64,000 nt of DNA, from assembly GCA_012295275.1 (NCBI GenBank), contig CM022669.1, positions 4,836,001 through 4,900,000 on the forward strand, in the 5' to 3' direction. Below the pieces are notes generated by a model. That model was given only the letters and a program-made list of their open reading frames with translations, was not told the origin of the DNA and searched no databases. This DNA is from Chrysomallon squamiferum (lineage: Eukaryota > Animalia > Mollusca). A program made the position numbers and the translations under genes. This document shows, piece by piece, positions 26,957 to 42,040 of this stretch. Position 1 is the first letter of the stretch; each line of letters opens with the position of its first letter.

Positions 26957-28447
26957 TCTGTTATTATTATTTTTATTATTGTTACTATTATTATTTTTAC
27001 TATTATTATTATTATTATTATTATTATTGCTTTTGCTCTTCCTGCTGCTGTTGCTGTTATTGTGGTAGTTGTGATGGTAGTGACTGAAACTGTTGTTACT
27101 AAAATGGTAGAAACTTTGGAAATCTTAGTGTAATTAAAACTGTGGTTAGTAATAAATTTTATTACTATTATCATTGATCTTACTGGTGCTGCTGTTGTTG
27201 TTATTGTTGTTATTGTTGGACTTTTTAGTACTAATCAATCACTCTTGCAGCTGCTGTTGTTGTTCATGTTGGTGTTAGATTTTACTCGACATACACTAAT
27301 TATTGATTGCAGTATGTTTAAAGAGATTTCACAGCTTCACCAGAAGCTAATATATATTTAGTTTTGCTTTCATACAAATAGCTTTGCTTTTCATAAAACA
27401 ACCAAACATGGGTTTTTCTATTCAATGCAGACAATAAACAATCTTTATCCTTCTAAAATGTTTTTTGTTGGGTTTTTTTTTAAAAATTATATTCATTGGA
27501 CTAGATTTGAGAATTTTATTTTATTTTATTAATGCCAAAACTAAACATGTAATGCCAATATATGAATATTATCATTTCTTAAAGAATAATGTCAATATTT
27601 CAACAAACAAAACAAAAAGACAAACCTATATACTTATTATCCTTTCTTGTAGGACAATGTCAATTATTTATGCAAATAAATACAATTCTTATTATTTCTT
27701 ATTGAACAGTGCCAAAATTTAAAACCCTAATTTTACACCTTATTATTTCTTATGGGGTAATGCCAATATTTAAAACACTAACTACACCACTTAATATTCA
27801 ACAATAATATATATAAAACAACATTTGAGGACAATGCCAGGATCTTTTTTTTTTTTTTTTTTTTAAAATCTACCCACCCACACATCATCTTATCATTGAC
27901 TCTGGGACAACAATGGCCGATATTTAAAAAGAAAGTGGATGTGACTGGGAGCACGAATCATCGCCACAGCAACAACCCCACTCACACTAATGGCTTATTA
28001 CCTCGGTGATGAGACGGGGTCTGAATACAACATCACAGACATGTTCAGCTGAAAGGTCATCATTTCTGCATGTTTCGCCCTGCCAACTCACTGACTGACT
28101 CTGTGAGGTCACACAGACACATTCCCCAGGGTCTCCAGTTTGCTTATCTCCCAGCTTCCATTTCATTACATTGATCCTGCTAGCTGGGAAATCCTTCCCA
28201 GGCAGAACCCGCTTTGATGACAGAAACGGTTTCTCTTGTCACAAATCCCCAGTAGGAGTTTATCCTATAACTGGTGATGTGAAAGGTGTCTGGTCTCAGG
28301 GATATAACCGGTTTTAGTTGGGTTTTGGGGTGTTTTTTTAATTTTTTTTTTAATGATTTGTGGGTGGTGTTTGTGTATGTGGGTGTTTGTATGTATGTAT
28401 AGGAATAAATGTATTTGTGTGTATGTATGTATGTATGTATGTATGTA

Positions 28448-28484
<37 letters not shown>

Positions 28485-28733
28485 TTATGAAAATGAAAAT
28501 AATGTATACATGTATGTATGTGTTCTATGTATGAATAAAAATATATTTATTTATATATATAAATATATATAATTTGAATTTAAGTGGTTGGAATGGTAAA
28601 AATATCCAATCAATGAAGCCTATGATTGAATACTTCTCTTAGGTTTCCCTTAGTCACCTACTACAGTCTAGCTAGACAAGCTGTATAAACTGGGGTGGGG
28701 AAGGGTGGGTGTGAAGTAAAAGAAGACACTTAC

Positions 28734-28833
28734 AAAAGGAAGTCCTGTTCCCAGCATGGGTGGTTGCCTTTCACCTGGATGGTTGTGGACTTGACATTTT
28801 GAAGTTTTAGCGTCACATAGGTGTTGAATCGTT
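28734..28833 (-). CDS. unc-13: unc-13 coding exon 3 (100 nt: (E)[32 protein letters not shown](F))
   Basis: ttttgcag|AACGATTC...CTTCCTTTT|gtaagt. Close match to the Munc13-1 C2A segment [33 protein letters not shown]. Confidence 0.97.
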
Positions 28834-29429
28834 CTGCAAAATACAAAACAGGCTTCTGTTAAATTTCAATACTGTTTTGTTGTAAAACAGATGAGATCAG
28901 TAACAACTCATATATATACACATATATGCAAATGATAGCATTATGAAAATTAAATAATCTCAGAACATTTTGGATGTGGTGTTATTAAATCACATCTTAG
29001 AATACATATATCATACATACATTAACATACATACATACATACATACATACATACATACATACATACATGCATACATACATATATACATACATATATACAT
29101 ACATATATACATACATATACACACATATACACAGATACATATACACCTACATCCATCCATCCATTATTCACAATAAAAAATATCTAGATCACATATAAGT
29201 ATACCCACAAATATATACAATTTTGAAATCTTTAATAATTATTTTGTTCTGACACACACAAAACACACACACAACACACACACATAAACATAAGCATATA
29301 GTGGTAGTAGTAGTAGTAAAAGTAGATATAGTATACTACGAGCAAATATATATATAAAAAAATAATAATACAAGATCAGTTACTTGATAAATATATGACA
29401 TATATATATATATATGAAGGAAGGAAGGA

Positions 29430-29590
29430 AGGAAGGAAAAAAGCAGAATATTTTATAAGGCAGAGTTAAAAACAGAGCTATTTGAAAAATTGTCTTGCTA
29501 ATTATAGAATTACAAGTAGTAACAACAAAATCAACTTTAATGTTACCCACAGCTGTGGTAAGAACAATACTAGAAATAGCACTGCTACCA
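29430..29590. repeat. Right arm of 161-bp inverted repeat (intron 2)
   Basis: Reverse complement of 24016-24176, 158/161 identical. Confidence 0.95.
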
Positions 29591-32500
29591 GAAAAAATAA
29601 AGAGAGAAAAAGATTGAGAGAGAGAATGAGTGAAAGAGAAAAAAAGAAAAAGAGAGAGAGAAAGAAAAATGGAGAGAGAAAACGAGATGGAGATGAAGAG
29701 AGAGATAGAGAGAGACATGAAAATGCTGACAAAAAGGAAACACCCTGCAACATTGATAATCGATAATTTCAATTAATTTTTACTTTGAATAAATTTGGCT
29801 TTTTCAGTTTATCTTCAATTTGTTAGAGAAAGAAAAATGTTTGTGTTTTTCTTCTCCCTCAGTAACTTATGTTTGCTTAGCCTTTCAAGTGAGGGTTGTC
29901 AGCTCTTCAGTGTATTTCTGAGTCAGTGAATGCCATATGTCACATATATCATTTGGTAATGATAAATTTATAAAACATGCTGTTATCTGACATAAGAGTG
30001 ATTTTAATTATTAATTTTAGAAAGAAAAAAGAGTAAAAGAATGTAGTTTGAAAAACAGAGAAGAAAATAAAAAAATGACAAAGAAAAAAGAAAACTAGAA
30101 AAGACTGACATAACATCTTTTTGTTTTTGTTCTTTGAAATATATTTCTGATGGTGCAAAATAAATTGTATTTTATGTTTGTTTTCTTTCTTTATTGTTAA
30201 CTGAAATCTCTAAATAAAATAAATAAATAAATAAGAAGAAAAAGAAGAAGAAAAAGAAGAAGAAGAAGAAAGAAAATCAAATGACAACCTTCGTGTATCA
30301 ACAATCTTCTTCAGTTTACATACTTAATTATTAGTAAAGATTAGCAGCAAGTAACAATACAATGAGCTAGATGGATTGTATGTACAAGGTCATTTGTTAG
30401 CACTCTTGAAGGCAATTGTTTATAATTGTGCTGTTGAGATGTAATATATCCGATACCTACTGAGTTATTGTTCAGATATGTGTTTGAGCTTAATTAAATC
30501 TAGTGACAATATTTAGGTAATACCCAGAGAAATGCAATAAAGACTGTATTTATTGGAGCCGTATTGATTCGTTAATGCAAGAAATAATGGAAATTTTTTT
30601 CACTCAATAACTCATCCATTTTTGTTTTTCTTGTTCTTCAATAAAAAAGCAAATACAAGGGGGAAAAAAAAGATGGAAAGTTAAAAAAGAAAAGCCACTG
30701 AAAAATAAATGAATCCGAGATACAAGTAAGCCAAAAAAAAAAAGAATATCTATTTATTAGCAGGCAAAATCCATTTCCACCAATTTACCAACAAAAACAT
30801 AGAGTTAGGATGATTATAAAATGAATTGTAGGCTTTTTTCTGTTAATGGTTACAAAATGAATTAAAGGCTTTTTTTTTCTATTAAAGAGAGAAAACAAAA
30901 GATAATGCTATTTAAATAATGTTAACTGAAGCCATTTTGATGTTAAAAATAAAATAATAAAAATAACAAAACTAAGTTTAAACCTAATATTTTGGGAAAA
31001 ATTTTAGAATATTGAAAATTAATAAGAATAAAATAATAAAATAAGAAAAAAGTCTAAAATTAACTTTATTTTTGAAAATGTACAAAACATATTAACAACA
31101 AAGAATCAATATTCAAAATGTTTTCCATTTCTGTTTAAGACACTGGTTTCCTTGCTGGTGTAATTTATCAAATGTGCAATTACTTCAGTGTGTTACAAAC
31201 AAAAAAAAAAAAAGGACAAGTTTACTTTAAGGAATTTTATATATTTCAACTTATTTTATTTTATTCCTAGACAAAATTTTCTCTTCCAGTGCAGATATAT
31301 CAGTAATAATATATATATATATTTATTTTTTTAAATTTAATCACAAAATGGAAAAAATATTTCATATTCTGGATGAAATTTGTTTTTGTTAATCTAAGCT
31401 GGTTTGCCTTTCTGGTCAAAATGTCACATATTCCAGTATATTAACAAAAAAAAAACAAAAAAAAAAAAATCCACCAAAAAAAAAAAAAACCTGAGCAACA
31501 TTCAACTAATCATAAAAAAAGATAAAAATATCAAACTTCATCTTAATAAAAAAAGATCTTCATTAAAAAATGAAATAAAAAAACCCTGCTTGCTGATTTA
31601 CTGAATAACTTGATCTCTGTGATGTACAGATCCACAACACAGGTCATAAAAATATGTGGAGTACACAAGATCAGTGACTGAAGGATTAAAAAGTAAAAGA
31701 AGTTTTTAGTGCTTCAGAAGAGTCTCCTTTCTATTGTCTTTGTCAAACACTCACAGAGTTGTATTACTTTTCTCCATTGACTCTGCAGCTGTCTCAGTGT
31801 GACACCAAAGAGTTAAAGCATTTATGTCCTGCGAGAAGCAGAGAGGAAAATTGGAAGCGAAAGTTAAAAATATGACATTAAAAAATCTCACTGACCCACA
31901 GTTACAGTCAATATATTCTCTGTGTGTTCAGATGACGTCTGATAGAAAATACAGACATCAGATGCATGATTGTTTTAGAGTTATCTGTATATGGCTGAGA
32001 TTATTAAAACAAAAAATATATAGTGAAACTGACAGTTGCCAAGTTTTGTATGAATTTTGTTCTTGAGACTGTTTTGAAATTATGTTTGTTATGTACATAT
32101 TTTCTTTTCTTTTTTCAAATTGTATTTGTAAAGATATTGAAATTCAAGTCAACAAGTTATGAATGTACTGTCTGAGTTAGTGTTAGATGAATCCATTATG
32201 TTGCATCTGCACTAAATTTATAATGTACCTCCATCACATGCACATCAGACCTCTGCTAGTTCAGTTCTCTGAAATGTTCCAATCTGACAAATCACTGGAT
32301 TCACACAGATCTGGACTAGGTTCATTTCAGACCACCACCACAAGGTTCATATTAAACTTTTGCCATCTTCAGACCAAACAACAGCCCAGGTACAGATGAC
32401 CAAGAGCAGACAGACAAGGATTAGAAGACAAGAAAGATAATTCAATAAGCCCAGATTAAGATTAGTTCAAATATATTACAAGTAATGTCAAGAGCTGTTT

Positions 32501-32959
32501 GTGTGAAGAAACATAATTATTTGGATTTATATTTTATACTTCAGGACAAGAAACTGAATCAGTCAAATCTGCAAGCAAAAATTATTTTGTCTTTGAAATG
32601 AAAATTGGATGTTTCTTTGTCTGCAGAATATGATTTTTTTTTTTTTTCTGAATTTTATATAAAATGTAGAATGAGGTCTGGGCTGATAATCTTGGCATCC
32701 TGTCTCACAAATTAAGACTACATAAATCTGACTTTAGCCTGGTTATAGTGAGCTCCTTGCATAATAAAAAACCAAAATTATAGCAAAGCAATGAAGAAAT
32801 AAAAATTTAATTGAAAAAACACCAAAATAAGTCCAAATATCAGTTGACCAAACATTGAAAAAAGTAGAATGTGTAAGTTATGCAAACAGAATTTATCTTT
32901 AGAATCTATAAGTAAGTGACATGAATACAATGTGTCAGTAACATGAATAGAATTGATAT

Positions 32960-33420
32960 CAGTAGAATGTATCAATAAGTGACACAAATAGAATGTATCA
33001 GTGACACAAGTAGAATGTACCAGTGAGACAAGTAGAATGTATCAGTGACTCAAGTAGAATGTATCAGTGACACAAGTAGAATGTATCAGTGACACAAATA
33101 GAATGTATCAGTGAGACAAGTAGAATGTATCAGTGACACAAGTAGAATGTACCAGTGAGACAAGTAGAATGTATCAGTGAGACAAATAGAATGTATCAAT
33201 GAGACAAGTAGAATGTATCAATGAGTGACACAAATATAATGTATCAGTGAGAAAAGCAGAATGTATTAATGTGAGACAAATAGAATGTATCAGTGACACA
33301 AATAGAATGTATCAGTGAGACAAATAGAATGTACCAGTGAGACAAGTAGAATGTATTAATGAGACAAATAGAATGTGTCAGTGACATGAGCAGAATGTAT
33401 TAGTGACATAAATGGAATAT
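32960..33420. repeat. 22-bp-unit minisatellite (about 20 copies)
   Basis: Unit ARTAGAATGTAYCAGTGASACA at 32987, 33009, 33031 and onward. Confidence 0.95.
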
Positions 33421-34203
33421 ATCATAAATTATATCCCAAGCAAGATTTCAGCATTACAGTTCAATAATAAATGCAATACTTTTAAACCCTGATAGACCAC
33501 AACATCACTACAACAACGAGTTTCCTACACCTCCGACAGGGCCATTAATATATGTAATTTATTATTTAAAAAGGATTATTTATTGAAAACACATAAATCA
33601 CTGAAACTGATGTCTCACTTCCTCTTTCAGAGATCCTACCATTATCAGTTGAGATTAACACACAGTACTTATTGTTCAAAGTGCATTAACAGTGAGAGCC
33701 TCGAGCACCACAGGGGAGGAATTTAAAACAGAATATTGAATATTTAAATAATCCTTGAAAGAGGAAGTGCTGCAGATTTCCATTAAATGCATGTACAGTA
33801 AAATATGTATGTCAGAGATAATAATACAAAAAAAAATAAAAGCAGAAATAAGAAAAAAACATTTGAAAAATAATTCTTAGAAGAAAATAATGGTTTTGTT
33901 TACAAGAGTACAAATACTTGTAATTTTTATCAGTAAATTCTTGATGGATATCTCAGTGATAAGAAGGTGATTTAGAAAAATAGTTTAATAATTTTTTTTT
34001 TTTTTTTTTAATTTCCAAATGTGTATGTGTGTGGTATGTATCTTTGTGCATAAATGTGTGTACGATGCTTATTTAGTTTTTACACACCTGAGTATGTACA
34101 TTTTTACACCACTTGCACTAGATTTACAACATTTCTCCACAAGGTTTAAAATATATCTCCACTATGTTTTTAACATACAGTTTACATTCAGATATGCCTG
34201 TAT

Positions 34204-34288
<85 letters not shown>

Positions 34289-35363
34289 ACACACATACAC
34301 ACATACATACATTCACACACACTTTTGAAAACAAATGTTGCAATATATAATCTGTCTAATGCAGTATCACAAAAAAAAAAATTATTTTCAAATCCTTTGA
34401 CTCATCCATGATCTTTTCAACACAATAATCTTCCATACAATTTACTAGTTAGTTATGTAACTGTTAGCTTCAGCATGTTACAAGATATGTGACGTCTTCC
34501 CACAAAAGAAGCATATTTTGACTGACATTCCTAATTGATGTCTGTGTATTTTGGAAATCACAAAGTATATATATCTTTAAATGGCAACATCCATCATTGT
34601 ATTGTAATGAATATAAAATGTGGTAGTTTTATTTTAAAGTTAAAAGATACTAAAGAGGATATATATATATATCCAATACATGACATGAGGTCCTCACTGA
34701 ATTTAGCAGATTGTGCAAAACAATCAGATTAATAATAATTTAAAAAACAAAAATCAGTACTAATGGTTACAAAATGATTTGTAGGCTTTTTTAATGATAC
34801 CATTTAAAATCAAAAGTTTGAACTGTAGAAGAAGCAGATGATTCCAGATTTAATGGGACAGATAAAAACTTAACACACCAGACATTTGCTACATATATAT
34901 ATTATTTGTAGCTGCAACTGTTTTCAAAGCATGAAGATCACAGAAACCAACTTTTGGTACCAATGATTGAAACTGGTCAAACGTCATCACAACCTTTTGG
35001 TACCAACCATTGAAACAAGTCGCATGTTACCACCACACCAACTGAGAGAGAGAAAAGTACTTTATCTTTGTCACATGGCACATTCATACGGGAGTTAAAC
35101 TGATTTTGAAAAGAGGAACTTTGCCAGGCATGACGGCTAACTAGGTTTTTGGCCTGTAATCACAAAGCAGAGCTGTAATTGTAAAGAGGGTCACTGATCT
35201 AGAATGTGATAATAGGTGCAGGCTGAAAAGGAAAAAGGTTTGTGTTTACAGATGGCTGGTACAGTTTTACTCTTTAAATCGGTGAATGTGTCTGGCTCAA
35301 AGTAAACATGATACTTATATTTATTTACTGTGTATTGTACAGTTCAGTGAATGATAGGTACAT

Positions 35364-35410
<47 letters not shown>

Positions 35411-36572
35411 TGTATTTATTTTTCTGTGTAATATACAGTTCATTGAACCTACTTGGAATGAAGTTTGCAGAACACTTAGATTTATTTTATTTATTTATTT
35501 AATATGTTATATATAGTCCAGTGAAGATACTTGCAATGAACTTAGTGTGATGCTGTGCTATGTTTTGTTTATTTACAAACATAAACTGATTGTCTGTCAT
35601 CTTCAGACATGGTGCATCAATGGATAGAAATGAAAATCTATGTATAACACAACCCAGTTCAAGTTCATTCAATACAAGCCAAATTAAACACTAAATCATA
35701 TTACTGGGAGCACTGTCCTCAATGGGAAATAGTTCATAGTTTCAATTATAAAAAAAAAAAGTATTATTATGCATTATACACATACGTCTACAACTATGTC
35801 AAATCATTTAACAACATCCAGGAACAAGAAAAAGAATTTTCTAAAAGTTTGTCAATACTAATGATACAAAAATAAAATAATAATAATAATATTATAATGT
35901 AAACAAGGAAATCAAGACACTCAACTAAATCTATTTACAAGAACTCCCTCCCTGTAGACCAATTAACTTATTTTTACCAAAAATGAATTAAATATTTTCC
36001 CATTAAACGATTTTATTCTGTGAAATATCAGTCATATTAAAACCACACCTGACAAACATAAATGTTAACTTCAACCTAATCAGCTTTTTAGTATCATGTT
36101 TGTTCTTTGAAATAATGCAATTTCCAATCCTCTAATCTTGTGATAGATGAATATTACTCATACTAAAACATTAAGTCTGACATGAATTGATTCTGCAACT
36201 GGAAACCTTTAGAAAATGCAGTGTAGTTTGGTTTTTGGTGGGGTTTTTTTCGTAAAAAGATGGATGAAAAAACATTCAGCTGTCATATTCAGTTTTGATA
36301 AATATCAGTTTAATAATGTTCCAAAAAGTAACAGAATATCAGCTACTTACTGGCAGAAAGTTTTTGAAATGGAAAAATAATAATAAAAATAAAATAAAAT
36401 AAATGAAATAAAATAAAAATAAAAAAGATAATAATAAAAAATGAGGAGAGATTTTCAAAAGTTAAATGTTGTAGTGATGGTTTGGATACTGCGATTTTAT
36501 TTTTTTATTTATTTATTACTTTTTAAATTTGTTCTTATTATCATTATCTTACTGTATGTGTTTAGCTATCTA

Positions 36573-36625
<53 letters not shown>

Positions 36626-37408
36626 CATGCACACACACACACACACACAATACTAAGCTGTGCGATGCTATGCTGTACAATACAGTACAATGCAATACAA
36701 TACATTAAACAATTCTATACTAGTGTACACTTCATTACACTGTATCACATTACACTACACTACATGTCTCTACTATACTATACTACACTACACTATACTA
36801 CACTACACTATACCATACCACACTATACTGCACTGCACTGCACTGCACTATACAATACGACATGTATTACATTATATGCAGTGAGTTAATGAAATGCTAA
36901 AAAGATTCAGTTGTGCAGTTCATTATTCGAAACAGCAAATCTGAAAGGCTGAGCAAAAAACGATGTAAATCCACTGTTTACAACTGTTTAATGCAATTTG
37001 AATGTTAAATATTTTATTGATTACTTTTTTTTTTACTAACAAATCTTGCAGAGATTTTATGGTCTCATTTACCACTTGATTTTTTTGCTAGTTAATTATT
37101 GCTGTCACCAAGCTGCTAGTTTTCTATAATCTGAGACTTTAAAAGATACCATGGTCTGTGTTTTTAAATAATGAATTGTTGATGTGTGTCTCTGTGTATG
37201 TGTGTATATATATATGAACATATATATTAGTATGTATATGTATGTACTTACATATATGCATATGTACATACATGTATGTATTATCTAAATATGCTAGACT
37301 GTTTGTATGTACAAATGAGCCCAAATGAATATATTCAGATGTATTTGTGTTACCTTCAGCATATGTGAAAACCAGATAATAATGTAAAGGATTTTCTACA
37401 GAATGTCA

Positions 37409-37411
<3 letters not shown>

Positions 37412-37505
<94 letters not shown>

Positions 37506-37532
37506 TCACTCACTCACACACACACACACACA

Positions 37533-37588
<56 letters not shown>
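37412..37588. repeat. (CA)n microsatellite
   Basis: Direct reading. Confidence 0.98.
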
Positions 37589-37590
<2 letters not shown>

Positions 37591-37907
37591 TATAAAGACA
37601 CAGCAAGCTGAGTGCAGGAGAAAACTTGAACTAATGTGAAATCAATAACACAAGACAATGAAAATGGAGATTTTTTTTTTTTTTTAATTAACACATCTGC
37701 CAAATCCAGATTACGAGAGAGAGGGTAACAGGTAACCAGGGACAAGTTGTCTGTGACATGCTAGTCCAGTTCTGTTGTGTGAACTGAAACCACTCACTGC
37801 AGCTGGGAATACAATAATGAATGAAAGGTTGGCGGTCAAGTCTGAGAAAGCAACATGGTGATGTAATAGAAAACATCAGTTTTCTTCATGCTGCGCTAGT
37901 ATCTTAT

Positions 37908-38540
<633 letters not shown>

Positions 38541-40953
38541 AGATCAACAAACTTAGTATATGTAAAGTAAGTCAAGTATATGAAAAATAAGTCCAAAATT
38601 AACATCTTTACTGAAACATCAAGTCCGACAATTCACTATGACTATACACTAAGTGTACCTGCACTTCAAATCAGTGTTTTCAACTTTACAGCCCATTACA
38701 CACTTTAGTCCATGAGCCAGACTGAATTTCAGTAGCAGTTTGGTCCAGACACATCCTAGGTTTTTATTTAGTCCAGTGTCTGAAGTATTTGAAATCAGTT
38801 GATGGATGTTTGAGACCATCCAATTGATGACCATCTTTAAAAATGGCCATCTATAATTTTCCAGTAGAATAGATTCTTGTAAAATATCTAAACTGGATAT
38901 GTTCACCAATTTAGAACTCAAACCTCGAACTTGGAGGTCTGATTCATGGACTACTTGTTTTATTTCTAGAATATGCTGTTGTAAGCAAGAACAGGCTTGT
39001 TAATCTCTCAAGCAACAGATGCAAATTATTCTTTTTAATCATAAAAAAGTCATAGATGTATCTAGTTAACGTTTATATTTCTCTTTCAGACTGAATAACT
39101 TTATAAAAGAATAAAGTTTCAGAAATTTTCTCTCATGACAAAAGTAAAAATCTCAGTATAACTTAAGAAAACAAATAAAAGTTTCAGTCTGAAACCTCAG
39201 CCTCTCTATGGCAACAGTTTTAAAATGTTTCTAATGACATGAGAGACACTGGAGATTGATACTATAAAAATACAAATGCAGCCATCTTTCTCTCAAACTA
39301 ATCTAGGAATGGCAGAATGAACTCTGCGAGACCTTGCTAATTTCATTTCACTGAGCGACAAACAAGGGATTACTCAAGATGGCTTCACGACACAGGAGGT
39401 TCACATATAACCACACAATTAAATTTATTATGCGACCAGTGGGCCAACCATGTGCTTCATGTTTCAGAAACAGAAAGGGTTAAACCACTTGCTTTTGCCA
39501 AATGTAAGAAGAAATCTTTTGTTTTACCTAGGGGGAAAGACGGTAGATTCTGGTCTAACAGCCTTGATGCATGTGTGTGATGTACGAGTTCTTGAATTTA
39601 GCCCAAACCTTTCAGCTGAACAGACACATTAACTTGGACACTGTCAAGGGCATTCTTCATGTAGTCTCTTCATGAGTTTTTTTTTTTTTTTTTTTTTTTT
39701 GTTCTTTTTGTGTGTTTTTTTTTAAGGGGGTATTTTTACAAAAATCTGCTGATGATGCAGATAAATGATATGACAATAATGTGACATTGATCAAAATGAT
39801 AAAAAAAATGAAAACAGATATATAATTGTAAAGATGATGAAATCTAAATATAAAGATGAAAATCATAATAGAACAGACAATTTCATTATGAATCAAAAAT
39901 ATATTTAAAAATTTGACCCAACAGCCCCAAACTAAGAAAGAATAAAAAAAATAACAAATAACAAATTTAAAATAAAATTATAATAATTTTAAATAAATAA
40001 ATAACTAAATAAATAAATAAATAAATAAATAAATGATTATATAAATAAAAACAAAAGCAATTTAAAAAGATAAACACAGAACTTGAGTTTAAGCTGACAA
40101 AATAGTTTCCTGTTTTTCACCAATCGATATTCTAATGACACTGAATCAAATAAATTTTAAAAAAAAGAAGAAAAAAATAAACTTTCACCAAGGAAGAATC
40201 AAAGTATTAATTTCCTGAGAATTTGAAAAGAAAAAAACGAAAACAAGCAGAAAAGTGCAATAAAAATGAAAACCAGATAGAGAGAGGAATGAAAGAAAAT
40301 ATGAAAAACTAGAATGAAGGAATGAAAATAAAAAGAAATAAAAAGAAAGGAAATATGAAAAATTAAATATTGAGAAGAAAAAAATATTAAAAAAATAAAA
40401 AAGTAGCTAGTATTATAAAATTAAAAAGATATATAAAACTAACAAAAAAATAAAAATAAAAAGTTATAATGAGACACATAAAAAAAACAACAAGGAAGTT
40501 TTATTCCACATAAAAATCTTCTGCATCAGTTCTTGCACTGTTCAGTTACAAACACACATACATAAAGACACTAATGATGTGTTCTAAACATGATACAGAT
40601 TAAGTAGCTGTATCATAAATAACACACACTGAAAGAATATAGGCAAAATTAGCTGATTATCTCTAACCAGATATAAGTCAGTTACTACCACAAATCAAGG
40701 ATAATGTGTATAATATTGCAACACATGACAGAATTTTGGTATATAATTACAGAGTTAGAATAAATTTCAGATAGAGCGTAAATTTTCACAGCTTGTGGTT
40801 GTTGCACATTAATAAATTCTTGTTGTTGATGCTGCTGCTGTTGTTTCTTTAATACCAGTGAATAAATGTGTGTATTTGTGTGTAGTTGTTGCATGTTAAT
40901 ATATTTGTGCTGTTCTTGCTGCCATTTTTGTTTTACAAGTAGCTAATAAATTG

Positions 40954-40984
<31 letters not shown>

Positions 40985-41049
40985 GCCATTGTTGCATTAC
41001 TGCTAATCCATAACATTTTGCTGTTGAAGTTGATGATGCTCATTCCTAG

Positions 41050-41505
41050 CTGCCATTAAACTTTCGTTTTTATTGTTGCTGATGTTGGTACCTAGCTTTC
41101 ATCATTTTTTGTTGTTGTTGCTGTTACTTGTTTCTAGTTATTAATGTTGTTGCTGATGTTGGTTAGCTTTCATTAAACTTTCTGTTACTTGTTTTATTGT
41201 TGTTGTTGCTGATGTTGGTACCTAGCTTTCATCATTTTTTGTTGTTGTTGCTGTTACTGATTTCTACATATTAGTCAGTTAATGTTGTTGCTGATGTTGG
41301 TTCCTAACTTTCATTATTTATTGTTGTTGTTGCTGTTATTGATTTCTAGTTATTAGTCAGTTAATGTTGTTGCTGATGTTGGTACCGGTACCTTTCATTA
41401 ATTTTTGTTGTTTGTTGTTAATGTTTTTATTATGTTGATTTCTAGCTGCTAGCTAATTAATTTCTGTTGCTGTTGTTGTTGATGTTGATTTCTAGCTGCT
41501 AGTCA
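41050..41505. repeat. Degenerate GTT-rich tandem repeat
   Basis: TGTTGCTGATGTTGGTACCTAGCTTTCAT...TTGTTGTTGCTGTTACT recurs several times. Confidence 0.8.
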
Positions 41506-41919
41506 ATACCCAGAGCTGGTGACAGCAGGTTTTATGTTACTGTGATACAAATCATGGCTTTCACACATAACAATGATTAATATCCAAGTACACTGACGTG
41601 TCGTATTTCAAACCTGTCACTTAACAAATCCTACGTCTGCAACCTAACAGTTGATAATATCAAAATATGTAGAATTTTTGTCAATATTTAATTGATTATA
41701 ACACAGACGTACAGAGAGATGGACATGCTATTTTTATACAAATACTTGCTCATTCAACTCAGTCTGTTTTCTTCTGCATCAGTGCTTCTTAAACCAGTTA
41801 AATGATGGTGAATTAAATTATTTTAGGGGTGAATGAAGGGTGAATGAAGCAGACAGACAGGGTCTTAATTTACTCAGATAATTTTTTTATATATTTTAAT
41901 GGGTTTCATGATTTATTAT

Positions 41920-42040
41920 GCTCAGTGCTACCACTGGTCTATTTAATACTGCAGCTAGTATGTGTTTTCCTGTTTGTGAGTAAGTACATAAAAAAAATTT
42001 CTTGCTGCTAACGGATTTAAAGTATAACAGATTTCTGTTT
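41920..42040 (+). mobile_element. SINE central-domain fragment (same family)
   Basis: CAGTGCTACCACTGG...GTATGTGTTTTCCTGTTTGTGAG...TTCTTGCTGCTAA is colinear with 22384-22432. Confidence 0.5.

Noticed and set aside
32960-33420. Regular short repeats resembling a CRISPR array (also 16840-17590 and 43018-43704)
   Set aside because: Head-to-tail units without unique spacers, no cas genes, eukaryotic context.
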